From Rhodospirillaceae bacterium MC! (lineage in GTDB: Bacteria; Pseudomonadota; Alphaproteobacteria; MC1), in NCBI GenBank assembly GCA_002632265.1, contig NQOV01000007.1, positions 55,583 through 119,582 of the forward strand: a stretch of 64,000 nucleotides of DNA, read 5' to 3'. Positions 8,555 to 19,152 of the stretch are shown here, piece after piece. The notes beneath the pieces were generated by a model. It was given only the letters and a program-made list of their open reading frames with translations, ran no database searches and was not told the origin of the DNA. Both the position numbers and the translations under genes were made by a program. Each line of letters starts with the position of its first letter. The stretch's first letter is position 1.

Positions 8555-10327
8555 CTACAGATCCGAAACTTTTGCTAAGAAATCATTAATTTCTTTTTCT
8601 AAGTTTTGTGTACTGTGCATGATATTACTTGAGCTTGTTTCCATTTCTTTGGCTAAAGTATTGTTATCAGTTAACTTACCGTCAATGGTTGTAATATTGT
8701 TGGTAATTTTAGATGATTTATTATTCGCCTCATCTAGATTCTTTGTTACATCGGCAATTGTTACCGCTTGTTCTTCAATGGCCGCAGCTGCACTGTTAAA
8801 GCGATCGGCAGACGATCCCAACTCATCCAAGACAAAGTTCACTGCCTCGGTAGCCTCTTTTGTTACGTTCTGTACTGTATCGATTTGAGTGGTAATATTC
8901 TCGGTAGCTTTGGCAGTTTGTGCTGCTAGATTCTTAACTTCCGACGCCACCACAGCAAACCCTTTACCAGCCTCACCTGCACGAGCGGCCTCAATGGTTG
9001 CATTTAAAGCAAGCAAGTTAGTTTGATCGGCGATATCGTTAATCAGTTGAGCAACTTCGGAAATTTTATCCACAGATGTAACCAAGTTATTAATGGTATT
9101 CACCGCTTTTTCCCCTTGTGTTACACTTACAGAGTTACGTTTTGCCCCTTGGTTAATACTCGCACTAATTTCCACAATAGATTCATTTAACTGTTCGGCA
9201 GCTGCTGAAATGTGTGATAAATCTTCTGACGCCTCGGTAGAGAGTGTTTTTACAGATTGAGAGAATTCCAAACTTGCAACGATACCCACTCCTGAACTGG
9301 TAGATTTTTCATTAATATCAGTAATATTTGTATTCACCTTAGATAAAATAGTCCCGATACTATTTTTAAAGTCTGCAATATATACCTGTTGTTTTTTCGT
9401 AACTTCTTCGGCACGTTTTTGGTTTTCTTTAATTTTGATGTTATTGGCATCACTTTCTTTCATTTTATCTCTAAAGTCCATTAAACTTGCACTCATAGAT
9501 CCAAAGGCTGTGCCTGCTTTATAAACAGGAATAACCACATTAGGCTCACGATTAACTAAAGAGTATAAGGTGTTATTAATTGTTTTAATATTCTTGATCA
9601 TACCTAGGAAAATAGACGGAATAATATAAATTACAGTAACTAGAATTAAAATTAGATTAACTATAATTAGGATTAAGTTATCCATTAACACTCTATATAA
9701 TAGGGTACTAACTGGAGTTACAAGCTTAGAGGCACAAATAGTCCAATGTAACACAGGAGTACGTTTTGAGTAACCCACTAAATTTTTAAAAGTTCCGTTT
9801 TGATCTTTCCAGCTATAATAAATAGCCTGACCATTTTTATTTTTAATGGCATTATCAACGAATTGTTTGTGAGATTTTTGTAAGTTAAAGCCTTTAGCTA
9901 AACCATCAGGAGCGATGGCCGCAATTTTCACATCATCGGTTAAGGCGAAAGCGTAGCTACCTGTTTTATCATTAAAGATATAACCTGATCCGAATGTGGC
10001 ATTTTTCATAATGGCGTTAGCTCTTTTTATACCCTCTTCTTGTGAAATTTTCACATAAACTCTATCTGAACCATTACCGTTTGGTCCGATCTTTTTACCG
10101 TATTTTTTGGCTTGGTCTGGATCGTAAACGATGTCAACGTAATGCCCTTTCATATCTTGTTCCACTTGATAGATTTGAGCTGAAATTACTTCCACAACAT
10201 CTTTTAGGGAATCATGATCAGCCTTTTGCGAATCCGTAGCAGCAATACGAATAGATATTAAGACTGTTATCGCTAATATTAGAATGATAACAGTTAATAC
10301 AATAATTAAATAATTGCGTAATTTCAT
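8555..10327 (-). CDS. Methyl-accepting chemotaxis protein with a periplasmic single-Cache (sCache_2-like) sensor domain.
   Basis: N-terminal TM, a Cache-like periplasmic domain, a second TM, and the conserved MCP signalling motif ([39 protein letters not shown]). The RBS is aaggaag. Confidence 0.85.
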   Translation of the reverse strand: MKLRNYLIIVLTVIILILAITVLISIRIAATDSQKADHDSLKDVVEVISAQIYQVEQDMKGHYVDIVYDPDQAKKYGKKIGPNGNGSDRVYVKISQEEGIKRANAIMKNATFGSGYIFNDKTGSYAFALTDDVKIAAIAPDGLAKGFNLQKSHKQFVDNAIKNKNGQAIYYSWKDQNGTFKNLVGYSKRTPVLHWTICASKLVTPVSTLLYRVLMDNLILIIVNLILILVTVIYIIPSIFLGMIKNIKTINNTLYSLVNREPNVVIPVYKAGTAFGSMSASLMDFRDKMKESDANNIKIKENQKRAEEVTKKQQVYIADFKNSIGTILSKVNTNITDINEKSTSSGVGIVASLEFSQSVKTLSTEASEDLSHISAAAEQLNESIVEISASINQGAKRNSVSVTQGEKAVNTINNLVTSVDKISEVAQLINDIADQTNLLALNATIEAARAGEAGKGFAVVASEVKNLAAQTAKATENITTQIDTVQNVTKEATEAVNFVLDELGSSADRFNSAAAAIEEQAVTIADVTKNLDEANNKSSKITNNITTIDGKLTDNNTLAKEMETSSSNIMHSTQNLEKEINDFLAKVSDL

Positions 10328-10578
10328 GACGTTTCTTCCTTAGGTTATTTCAAAGCATTTGAATTAAATATTATTTTGATAATGGATTGTACTACATTTT
10401 TTTCCATAATACAATAGTTTTTTAATTATAATTTAATTTTTAACACTAAATAGAAGAAAATTCGGCAAAAAAATAGCTCTAAACATCTAATAATCAGATA
10501 CTTAGAGCATTTAAATTTACTTGTGAATTCATTCATTAACTAATCTTAGAATTTACTTAATGTAAGAAATCCTTAACT

Positions 10579-11184
10579 TTAGTTACTTATCTTAGCGGTA
10601 CAAATTGTCCAATGTAGTATTGGGGTACGTTTTGAGAAACCCACTAAATGTACAGAGTTTCCGTTTGGAGTTTTCCATTGATAATAAATAACCCCACCAT
10701 CTTTATTTTGTTTAGCATTATCAACGAATTGTTGATGAGAGGGTTGTAAGTTATAGCCTTTAGTTAAACCATCAGGAGTATCCGCTGCAATTTTCGCGTC
10801 ATCGGTTAAGGCGAAAACGTAGCTACCGCCCTTTTTATCATCAAAGGTATAACCTGATCCGAATGTGGCATTTTTCATGATGGCGTTGGCTCTTGCAAGC
10901 CCCTCTTCTTGTGAAATTTTCACATAAACTTTTTCCGTGGCAACACCACCAGCTCCGACGGTTTTACCATATTTTTGGGCTTGCTCTCTATCATAAACCT
11001 TAGTAACGTAATGCCCTTTCATATCTTGTTCTACTCCATATATTTGAGCTGAAACTAATTCCACAAGATTCTTTACGGAATCCGCATCATTTTTTTTCGA
11101 AAGTTTTGGCAAATACGAACACGAACAGATAGCAACACTAATTATAGCTAAAAATACATAACGTAAATATCTTTTTAATATCAT
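10579..11184 (-). CDS. Standalone Cache-domain lipoprotein/periplasmic protein, a paralog of the MCP sensor domain.
   Basis: Residues ~55-200 are ~75% identical to MCP residues 40-200 ([17 protein letters not shown]… KISQEEG(L/I)(A/K)[15 protein letters not shown]…). An aaggaga RBS precedes the internal ATG (MILKRYLRYVFLAIISVAICSC signal), so the start is set at 11184. Confidence 0.6.
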   Translation of the reverse strand: MILKRYLRYVFLAIISVAICSCSYLPKLSKKNDADSVKNLVELVSAQIYGVEQDMKGHYVTKVYDREQAQKYGKTVGAGGVATEKVYVKISQEEGLARANAIMKNATFGSGYTFDDKKGGSYVFALTDDAKIAADTPDGLTKGYNLQPSHQQFVDNAKQNKDGGVIYYQWKTPNGNSVHLVGFSKRTPILHWTICTAKISN

Positions 11185-11341
11185 TTGATTTCTCCTTAAA
11201 TTGTTTAGATAATGGATTGTAATACATTTTTCCCCATAATGCAATAATTTTTAAGAAACTAAAAAAAAACTCTAAACATCTATTATATTAGATGTTTAGA
11301 GTTTTAAACTTTACTAGTGAATTAGTTAGGAAATTATTAAC

Positions 11342-12937
11342 CTATTCTTTTACTAGATCATGTTCAATTTGTTCAATGGTTTTATTTTTTGTTTCTGGAA
11401 CAAAGATGAAAATAAAGATCAATGAAACTACCGCTAGGATTGCATATAATAAGAATGTATTTGAAATCCCAAGAGTTGCCACTTCCCAAGGGAAGTATTT
11501 TTGAGTTGCCCATGCTAGTACACTTGTTACGAATCCAAAGAGTGGAATGGAAACTGAACGCACCGCATTCGGCATGACTTCGGAGAATATAACCCACATT
11601 AGCGGTCCTACAGATAAGAAGAATGCAAACTTAAACAAGAATATGGCCCCCACAATGATAGTAGGACTAATGGCAAAATGGACAAAGGCACTTACGAATT
11701 TATTTTCATTTAGATTCAAATACTTTTTATCGTATTGACTTTCTAAGAATGTTTTAAATTCCACATCTGATTTGTATACTGTACCAATGGCGTTTTTCAA
11801 TGGAGTTAGATCCATATCGGCATTACCTTTGATCATTTGCATTTTAGCGATTCCGTCATCTGTAACGGTATATGTTTCAGTTTTCAAACTAAGCCACATG
11901 GTACTATGAACCACTAAAATCACAACCGCACCGAAAATATAGATAGGACGACGACCGAATTTATCAACCACGATAACCGCCACACCAGATCCTACAATCC
12001 CTAGTAAACCAACGATTGTAGCTTGGAATAAAGCCGATGTTTCACTAAAGCCGATTTGTTCGAAAATTGACGGAGCGTAATAAGATATCACACCCATACC
12101 CGCACAAGCTTGGGTAATAGCCAAACCGAATCCTAAGATTAGAACAATCTTCATACGTTTGGTAAATAATGCTCTTAATTGATCGAATATTCCCAATTTA
12201 GTAACTTTATCAAGACTATCATGGATTTCCGCCAATACAGATTGCACATTGTCGGGATTTTCGATTTTCTTGATAACCTTAAGAGCTTCATCTTCACGCT
12301 TCTTTTGAATTAACCAACGTGGGCTTTCTGATACTGTGAACAGGAAGATAAACCATAAGAAACATGGAATAATGGTTGAAGCAAACATGAAACGCCAAAT
12401 GTGAGAATTGGAAAATACGAAAGAACTCGAGATCATAGCTGGATCTTCTGGACGTAAATCTACAATTAGATAATCCAATAAATAAGCCACAAAGAATCCA
12501 ATTCCGATCATAAATTGCATTGAAGACATGAACTTACCACGGTTTTTAGCAGGGGCTACCTCGCCGATATACATGGATGATATCCCCAATGATGTGAAAG
12601 CTAATCCTGCAAGCAAACGCCCAAATACTAACATGTAATAGCTAGTTGCAAAGGCTGAAAAGATTGAAGAGGCTAGATAAAAGAACGCAATAAGCAATAA
12701 TGTTCTTTTTCTTCCTAAAGTTGCCACAATCCACCCTACACATAGTAAGGCGAAGTTTGCACCAAAGGCAGGTGCACCAACCACCGTACCCACTTGTAAG
12801 GGGGTTAAGTCAAATTCTGCTTTAATATATTTTACCGCACCACCGATCACACCAGCATCTAAACCGAAAACTAGTCCACCGATAACCACAATTATGGCGT
12901 ATCGTAGTGCAGTTCTATCTTGTAATGTCATTTTCAT
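11342..12937 (-). CDS. MFS sugar porter family transporter (XylE/GalP-like) with a ~70-aa inserted loop.
   Basis: Sugar-porter signatures (GLDAGVIGGA, GRKRTLLL, FGRLLAGL, PESPRWL). The RBS is aaggag. Confidence 0.8.
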   Translation of the reverse strand: MKMTLQDRTALRYAIIVVIGGLVFGLDAGVIGGAVKYIKAEFDLTPLQVGTVVGAPAFGANFALLCVGWIVATLGRKRTLLLIAFFYLASSIFSAFATSYYMLVFGRLLAGLAFTSLGISSMYIGEVAPAKNRGKFMSSMQFMIGIGFFVAYLLDYLIVDLRPEDPAMISSSFVFSNSHIWRFMFASTIIPCFLWFIFLFTVSESPRWLIQKKREDEALKVIKKIENPDNVQSVLAEIHDSLDKVTKLGIFDQLRALFTKRMKIVLILGFGLAITQACAGMGVISYYAPSIFEQIGFSETSALFQATIVGLLGIVGSGVAVIVVDKFGRRPIYIFGAVVILVVHSTMWLSLKTETYTVTDDGIAKMQMIKGNADMDLTPLKNAIGTVYKSDVEFKTFLESQYDKKYLNLNENKFVSAFVHFAISPTIIVGAIFLFKFAFFLSVGPLMWVIFSEVMPNAVRSVSIPLFGFVTSVLAWATQKYFPWEVATLGISNTFLLYAILAVVSLIFIFIFVPETKNKTIEQIEHDLVKE

Positions 12938-13326
12938 TACTCCTTAAACTTTTATTGATATTAATTTATTATTTATTTATTATTATAATCTATTTTTTGT
13001 AGAATGATAATAATACTTAATCATAAAACAAATTAATATACCTGTCAATATTTTTAATTACATTACGATATATTAAATTATAAGTAAGTATAAGCTCTTG
13101 ATATACATATGTAATCATTATGAATATATATTATTGTTATTCTCTTAAAATTTAGATATAGTAATTTACTATGTATGATTTAATGATTCTATAGAATCTT
13201 ATTATACTAAAGGTAATTATATATTTTACTAATTTGTTAGACATATTTTATGATCTTTTTCATACCCTTTATATATCTTGATCCTTTGACTTCCTTAAAA
13301 TAAAAACACTCGCTTTATATATTCTT

Positions 13327-13380
13327 TGCTATCTATTATTTAAAGCCTAAATAGTTGGCCTTAAATGATAGATAGCGAGT
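13327..13380. repeat. Near-perfect 19-bp-stem inverted repeat (gctatctattatttaaagcc / ggccttaaatgatagatagc) in a 590-bp AT-rich intergenic region.
   Basis: Direct reading. Confidence 0.5.
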
Positions 13381-13396
13381 CTTTTCATTTATGGGA

Positions 13397-13462
13397 GATA
13401 TTAATATGAAAAAGCTCTCTAGAGTAGATGAAAAATCACTATTCTAGAGAGCTTTTTTATAT
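13397..13462 (-). terminator. Bidirectional rho-independent terminator downstream of the aldehyde dehydrogenase gene.
   Basis: An 11-bp perfect stem (gctctctagag … ctctagagagc) is flanked by an A-run 5' and a T6 run 3' on the plus strand. Confidence 0.45.
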
Positions 13463-13527
13463 TAAATTTAGATAAGATTCTAGCTTTAGAGTCATATTTT
13501 GAATATAACTCCAAGCTAGATAAAATC

Positions 13528-14970
13528 CTAGTCGTAATTAACGTAGAAGATTTTCTTTTCTAAGTATTGTTCGAAACCGTATTTACCGTCTTCGCCACCT
13601 GTACCACTTAGCTTATAGCCGTTATGGAAACCTTGGTGTTGTTCGCCATGGCCACGGTTTACATATATTTCGCCTGATTCTAGTTCTCTAACCAGAGCAT
13701 TAATGTATCGCATGTTTTGAGTGAAGATCATTACTGATAAGCCGTAATCACTATCATTGGCATAGCGGATTACTTCTTCGAAAGTATCAAATTTAATCAC
13801 AGGTAAGATCGGCCCGAATGATTCATCGTGGACGATGTTCATTGATTGGGTTACGTCTGTTAGAATTGTAGGTTCGAACCAGAAACCTTTTTCAAATTCT
13901 CCGCCTGTTAAACGATTACCACCGCAAGCAACGGTTGCACCGTCTTTTTTAGCGGTTGCCACAAGTTCTTCCATATGTTCCAGTTCTTTAGCATTGACTT
14001 TAGGACCCATATCCGAATCCGCATTCATTGGATTACCAACTTTAATGCCTTTAACTTTTTTCATGAATATTTCCATGAATTTATCATAGATAGAACTATG
14101 AACATACATGCGTTCGTTACAAGTACATACTTGACCACAGTTATCGAAACGAGCATGCAGAGCAGATTCAGCAGCTTTTTCCAATTCCGCATCTTCCATT
14201 ACGATAAACGGAGCTTTACCGCCTAATTCCAATTGTACATGTGCCATATTGTTAGCTGACGCTCTAATAATCGCCTGACCAACTGGGGTACTACCTGTCA
14301 TTGTTACCATATTTGTTAAGGGATGTTCAACCAGTGCATTACCTAGGTTAGATCCGCCACCTGTTACAATATTCAGAACACCTGCAGGAAGTCCTGCTTT
14401 TTCCGCTAAATAGCCTAGTTCTAAAGTAGCCAGTGGAGTTTCAGAAGTTGGTTTGATTACGATAGTATTCCCTGCCACTAAAGCAGGCCCTAGCTTTCTT
14501 CCTGCCAACGCCAAAGGGAAATTCCATGCTGTAATTGCCACAACCACACCACGAGGAATCTTGTGAATGTGTATTTGTTCGTTTTCGTTATCCGATTGAA
14601 CGATATCGCCGTCCATTTGTCTAGCCCAATCACAAGCATACTCGATAAATGTGCTTGTTGCTTCCACTTCACCAAATGCTACTTTTAAAAGTTTACCTTG
14701 TTCTCTCACAAGCAATTCCGCTAGACGCTGTTTGTCTTCTCTGATAAGACTTGCTAATTTACGTAAAATATCTGCACGTTTTTTAGCGGGCGTTTTCGAC
14801 CATTCTCGTTGAGCTTTTTTAGCAATGGCAAGAGCTGGTTGAGCGTCTTGCTCGTCGCCGTCTTGAATTTCTGCTAAAACTTCTTCGGTTGAAGGACTGA
14901 TTACCTGTGTGGTTTTGCCGTTTTTAGCATTAATCCACTGACCACCCACATACATTTGATACTTTTTCAT
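13528..14970 (-). CDS. aldA: NAD-dependent aldehyde dehydrogenase (lactaldehyde dehydrogenase AldA-like).
   Basis: ALDH signatures ELGGKAP and FDNCGQVCTCNERMYVH. The N-terminus YVGGQWINA is typical of AldA-type enzymes. The RBS is aggag. Confidence 0.8.
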   Translation of the reverse strand: MKKYQMYVGGQWINAKNGKTTQVISPSTEEVLAEIQDGDEQDAQPALAIAKKAQREWSKTPAKKRADILRKLASLIREDKQRLAELLVREQGKLLKVAFGEVEATSTFIEYACDWARQMDGDIVQSDNENEQIHIHKIPRGVVVAITAWNFPLALAGRKLGPALVAGNTIVIKPTSETPLATLELGYLAEKAGLPAGVLNIVTGGGSNLGNALVEHPLTNMVTMTGSTPVGQAIIRASANNMAHVQLELGGKAPFIVMEDAELEKAAESALHARFDNCGQVCTCNERMYVHSSIYDKFMEIFMKKVKGIKVGNPMNADSDMGPKVNAKELEHMEELVATAKKDGATVACGGNRLTGGEFEKGFWFEPTILTDVTQSMNIVHDESFGPILPVIKFDTFEEVIRYANDSDYGLSVMIFTQNMRYINALVRELESGEIYVNRGHGEQHQGFHNGYKLSGTGGEDGKYGFEQYLEKKIFYVNYD

Positions 14971-15013
14971 TGTTCATACTCCTAAATAGTATTTGTAATT
15001 AATATTAATGAAA

Positions 15014-15118
15014 GGGGAATGAAAAAGTGCTTAGACAGTGTTCTTAAGATATGCGACCTGCAACTTACACGTTTACATAAGCATGGCTTAAGGACATTGA
15101 ATGAGTTCTTTTTCACAC
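15014..15118. repeat. Copy of a ~100-bp palindromic intergenic element (family B: gaaaaagtgct…cttaag…catggcttaaggac…gagttctttttcac).
   Basis: It shares terminal inverted repeats and internal cttaag/catggcttaagg modules with the elements at 19047..19148 and 21466..21556. Confidence 0.6.
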
Positions 15119-15126
15119 CACTTTAA

Positions 15127-16206
15127 TTATTTATTTTTATTTTTAAACATGCCAGGATCTCTCAATCTTTGGCGTTTAAGTTTGTAGCGACAAATATAAT
15201 TCCAGTTATAACTTACATCATATTTATGACATATACCCCATTCTGATAAACCTGGTGCATCATGTTCTTTTTCATCTCTTAAGATACCTAAAGCTTCAGG
15301 TGCTCCTTTGATGTGAGACATAATCTCGAAGTTTTCGCCGTCTTTAGCCCATTGAACGGTATTTTTTTCTGGTCCATCTGTAGTAAGTAACGCACCGATA
15401 CCACCATTATAATGCCATACGGCTACTTCATGCCCACTATTTGAAATTGGGTTTAGTTCTGATTTCACATATGGTCCAAGAATATTTTCGGCAATTGCTA
15501 CACCGTGTTTAATTTCACGTCCGCCGAAGTTCATTTCTTCGCCCATGGTTTCGCCTTTATAATATAAATAGAATTTATTTTTAAAGAACATCAAGCAAGG
15601 ATCATGAACCTTATGACTATCAAAACTTCCTTTTGATTTAACATAGAATCTATTATCTTCCTCGCCGTCCCATTCGCCATCACGAGAGGCTTGTACGATA
15701 GGAGCGTCCGACTTTGTCCACGGACCGAAAGGACTATCAGAATAAGCAATGGCAATATCTTCATACTGGCGGTTAAGATAAGGATACTGCACAGTCTGAT
15801 AAACTAGATAATATTTACCGTCATGAGCTAACACTTCAGGAGTGAAACAAGCACGATCATCGTATCGCCCTTCTTCGCCACGTTCGATAGCTACGCCTTC
15901 TTCTTTCCATGTAATACCGTCTTTAGATGTGCCGTGCCATACTTCTGTAAGATCCCATGGGAATACTTTTTCTGCCTTATTGGTAGATCCAAAACCTACA
16001 GTTTTCCCTGTACCTTTTGTATACCAACAATGATATACGCCATCAACTATAATAACAGCAGTGGGATCACGTCTAATTACCCCTTCTTCATAGGCAAAAT
16101 CGCCTTTTAAATCTGTAACTTCGAATTGAATGAAATAATCTTCATTTTTTGTATCATAGCCACGTTCTATAGCTCTTTGTGATGCTAAACTTAATTTTTT
16201 AGACAT
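15127..16206 (-). CDS. Glycoside hydrolase, 5-bladed beta-propeller type (GH43/GH130-like).
   Basis: An RDPTAV motif near the N-terminus and a propeller-like repeat organisation. The start is set at the second ATG, which has a ggaga RBS. The family assignment is tentative. Confidence 0.45.
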   Translation of the reverse strand: MSKKLSLASQRAIERGYDTKNEDYFIQFEVTDLKGDFAYEEGVIRRDPTAVIIVDGVYHCWYTKGTGKTVGFGSTNKAEKVFPWDLTEVWHGTSKDGITWKEEGVAIERGEEGRYDDRACFTPEVLAHDGKYYLVYQTVQYPYLNRQYEDIAIAYSDSPFGPWTKSDAPIVQASRDGEWDGEEDNRFYVKSKGSFDSHKVHDPCLMFFKNKFYLYYKGETMGEEMNFGGREIKHGVAIAENILGPYVKSELNPISNSGHEVAVWHYNGGIGALLTTDGPEKNTVQWAKDGENFEIMSHIKGAPEALGILRDEKEHDAPGLSEWGICHKYDVSYNWNYICRYKLKRQRLRDPGMFKNKNK

Positions 16207-16695
16207 TTTGATTTTCTCCATATTTTAATAATAATATACTGATCTCTTTATGCGATTTATTTTAGCAAGCTTTTATAAAACTTCAATAAATACATCTTGA
16301 CCCTACATACAATAATAAGTTAATTTTATTTGCTACACAAGAAATATAACGCTTTCAATTAACCTTTAGGTTAATCATTAATATAAGATCATGTTTTTAC
16401 TAGGAAATTTCCGTATAACTAATTTTAATTATAGCTAAAAATAAGAGATTTAACCTCAATATGACCCCTTAATTATGGATATTTCCGAAGAATTCGTACT
16501 TTTTATGAATAAAAGCACCTATTTTCCCATATAATTCTTAAAAATATGAAGATTTCTCTCCATACTTTAAAGAAAATAACATTATATTTCAAACATTTAC
16601 TCCTTTAGTTAGTATTTTGGTTTAACTAAAGGAGATGTATACAATATTGAGTTAAAAAAAATACTCAATATTCTAATTGTGAGCCATAGCAGATT

Positions 16696-17778
16696 CTAAA
16701 TAAGCTCGGCGGTTGGATGTGCCTTACTCATTTGCGACCACCATTTATCTCGTGTGCCTTTTTTCAAGATAATGATCAAAGAACCACCAAAGCCTCCACC
16801 TGTTTGACGAGCAGATAAAGCTCCGAATTTCATAGCGTCTTTTACCATTGCGTCGGTTTCTGGGATTGTGATTTCATAATCTACCTTTTGCGATTCATGG
16901 CTTGCTAGCATTAGTTGGGATAGGGCTTGGATATCGTCATTTTTCAAAGCGTCTACGGCACTAATTACTCGATAATTTTCAGTTACAATATGACGGGCTC
17001 TTTTTTGTTCTAGCTCTGGCAGTTTTTCAATGCGTGGAAGATCTTTCATTGTTAGATCTCGTAAGCTTTCCACATTTAGCATTTTACAAGCACTTGCACA
17101 TTGTGCTACTCGTTTTGCATATTCGCCGTCTACTAAAGCGTGGGTAATTCCTGATTTCATTACTAGCCATTCGTAATCTTCATTTAAATGGACATTCACA
17201 TAATCAAGAGTTTTACAATCTAAGAACACGCCATAATTTTGTTTACCAACAGAAGAGGCGAATTGATCCATGATACCGCAAGGCATGCCCACATATTCGT
17301 TTTCTGCTTGTCGTGCTAGAATGGCAATATCCACATCTGATATATCAGTAAGATTCAATAATTTTACGATACCTCGAATGGTTACCACTTCCAACGCTGC
17401 CGAAGAAGAAACCCCTGCTCCTGTTGGCACGTTACTATCTACAATGATCTTTAATGACGGGATTTGTAAATCATATTTCTTGGCAACCACTTGGATACTA
17501 CCAATGATGTAATCTGTCCAATGATTTTTTTTCTCTTCGAAAATTTTACGTTCTGTTACTTCTTCAGGGAACATAGTAGACGCTAAGGTTAAGATGGCAT
17601 CTTTACCTACTGGATTATCATCATCCTGTAGAATGGAAAGATTTACAGTATGTTTTAAAGGAAAGGGGAAAACAAAACCATTATTATAATCCGTATGCTC
17701 TCCGATCAAGTTTGCACGCCCTGGAGCGGAAACTTGAATACATTTATCACTCTTAAATTGTTCTTGAAAATTCATCAT
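16696..17778 (-). CDS. galK: Galactokinase (GHMP kinase).
   Basis: APGRANLIGEHTDYNNGFVFP is the classic galactokinase signature. The GHMP ATP motif is PTGAGVSSSAA. Confidence 0.8.
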   Translation of the reverse strand: MMNFQEQFKSDKCIQVSAPGRANLIGEHTDYNNGFVFPFPLKHTVNLSILQDDDNPVGKDAILTLASTMFPEEVTERKIFEEKKNHWTDYIIGSIQVVAKKYDLQIPSLKIIVDSNVPTGAGVSSSAALEVVTIRGIVKLLNLTDISDVDIAILARQAENEYVGMPCGIMDQFASSVGKQNYGVFLDCKTLDYVNVHLNEDYEWLVMKSGITHALVDGEYAKRVAQCASACKMLNVESLRDLTMKDLPRIEKLPELEQKRARHIVTENYRVISAVDALKNDDIQALSQLMLASHESQKVDYEITIPETDAMVKDAMKFGALSARQTGGGFGGSLIIILKKGTRDKWWSQMSKAHPTAELI

Positions 17779-17914
17779 TATTTTATACTCCTAGTATTTT
17801 TGTATTGGATGTTTGTTAAGTGTTATATGTTTAGAAATATAGAAAGTAGTTTAACATTATACAATGTGTATATCAAACTACTTTCATGTTATTTTATACT
17901 CTCTAATGAGTGCT

Positions 17915-18967
17915 TTATACTTCTCTTAGACGTTTTGCAACATCTTCAGGAAGAATATCAGCTAAGAATACGCCTGTACCTTGTTCACATCCTGCTAAGA
18001 ACTTCAATTTATTAGCGTCTCTTTTAAACGGTAAGAATTGAGCGTTATAATAGAATGATTTTTCATCGCCTTTCGGAGAAGAATATTGAAGCATTACATA
18101 AGGCATTGTGTCATCGAAAATTGCGTCGTATCTTCTGATAACTCTTCCTAGTAGTTCGGCGTAATCAGGGATTTGGCTTGGTTGGATTTCCCATAATCCT
18201 GCCATGCGTTTTTTGGGAACTATCCAACTTTCAAAAGGAAAGCGTGCAAATGGCGGAACGATTTGGGCGAAGTGTTCGCTCTCGTCAACAACCAATTCAG
18301 GATTGTTTAAAATATCGCCTATAAGATTAGCGGTGCGGAATGTTTTCGCCATGTTTTGGACGTAAGTTGGAACATGCTCAAATGAATATATTTGACCGTG
18401 CGGATGTGGTAAGGTTACTCCTACCGCCTCGCCACGATTCTCAAAAGGCATAACGAATTTGATTTGGTCTCTTGATAATAGATCATTATATCTATGAATC
18501 CATGCTTCCACTAGAGTTTCACGACGAGAGTTTGGCATTTTGCCGAGATTTCCTGTGTGATCGCTTGAATATACTACAACTTCACATCTTCCTAAGGCTG
18601 GCGAATATTCGAAATCATCGGGAAGATTCTTTTTAGCGTCCAAATGCAATCCTGCGAAACGATTCTCAAACACGGCCACTTCGAAGTTTGCGAATGGTAC
18701 TTCGCCTTTATATCCGTCTTCAGGCACTGCACATAGTGGACAGTATTCTTTCGGTGGATTAAATGTGCGGTCTTGTCTACTTGGAGAATATACCACCCAT
18801 TCAGAAGTAAACGGATTCCAACGTTTATGAGGCTGTGGCTTGGTAGTTAATGGTGGCATATCGTTGGTTGGTTTTAAAGTATGCTCTTCTGTACCGAATA
18901 AAAATAGGTCTCTACCGTCTTCCTTTTCGTGGTGTCTAATTTTCGCTTTATGTGCAAATTGTTTCAT
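17915..18967 (-). CDS. galT: Galactose-1-phosphate uridylyltransferase (HIT family).
   Basis: CPLCAV zinc motif and HPHGQIY active-site motif. The start is moved to the internal ATG (MKQFAH…), which has an aaggaa RBS. Confidence 0.85.
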   Translation of the reverse strand: MKQFAHKAKIRHHEKEDGRDLFLFGTEEHTLKPTNDMPPLTTKPQPHKRWNPFTSEWVVYSPSRQDRTFNPPKEYCPLCAVPEDGYKGEVPFANFEVAVFENRFAGLHLDAKKNLPDDFEYSPALGRCEVVVYSSDHTGNLGKMPNSRRETLVEAWIHRYNDLLSRDQIKFVMPFENRGEAVGVTLPHPHGQIYSFEHVPTYVQNMAKTFRTANLIGDILNNPELVVDESEHFAQIVPPFARFPFESWIVPKKRMAGLWEIQPSQIPDYAELLGRVIRRYDAIFDDTMPYVMLQYSSPKGDEKSFYYNAQFLPFKRDANKLKFLAGCEQGTGVFLADILPEDVAKRLREV

Positions 18968-19046
18968 GTTATATTCCTTGTTAGTTTTACATGTTATTGT
19001 TATTGTTATTATTATGAATGAGTGCTTTTTATTTCTTAAACTCAAA

Positions 19047-19148
19047 GAGTGGGAAAAAGTACTTAGTCATTGTTCTTAAGGCATGCGTGGTGTATAACAC
19101 CCATACATGAGTATGACTTAAGGGCAATGAATGAGTGCTTTTTCACGC
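19047..19148. repeat. Family B palindromic element between galT and galE, plus an extra upstream half-site (aatgagtgcttttt at 19013..19030).
   Basis: gagtgggaaaaagtactt…ttcttaaggcatgcgtggtgtata…catgagtatgacttaagggcaatgaatgagtgctttttcac. Confidence 0.6.
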
Positions 19149-19152
19149 TCTT

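Noticed and set aside
8619-8888. Antisense and embedded short ORFs from the track (e.g. 8619..8888, 10042..10239, 13835..14226, 15842..16033, 17270..17512, 21610..21900, 23024..23374, 26027..26380, 35493..35780, 39001..39786, 44944..45374, 46122..46568, 48023..48577, 55761..56486, 57240..57890, 62559..62927).
   Set aside because: Each lies wholly inside a longer, motif-supported gene on the opposite strand or in another frame, and has no RBS or recognisable domain. They are treated as spurious.
17695-18015. 106-aa plus-strand ORF between galK and galT.
   Set aside because: It is mostly antisense to the galK start and galT end, and has hydrophobic low-complexity composition typical of an AT-rich frame.
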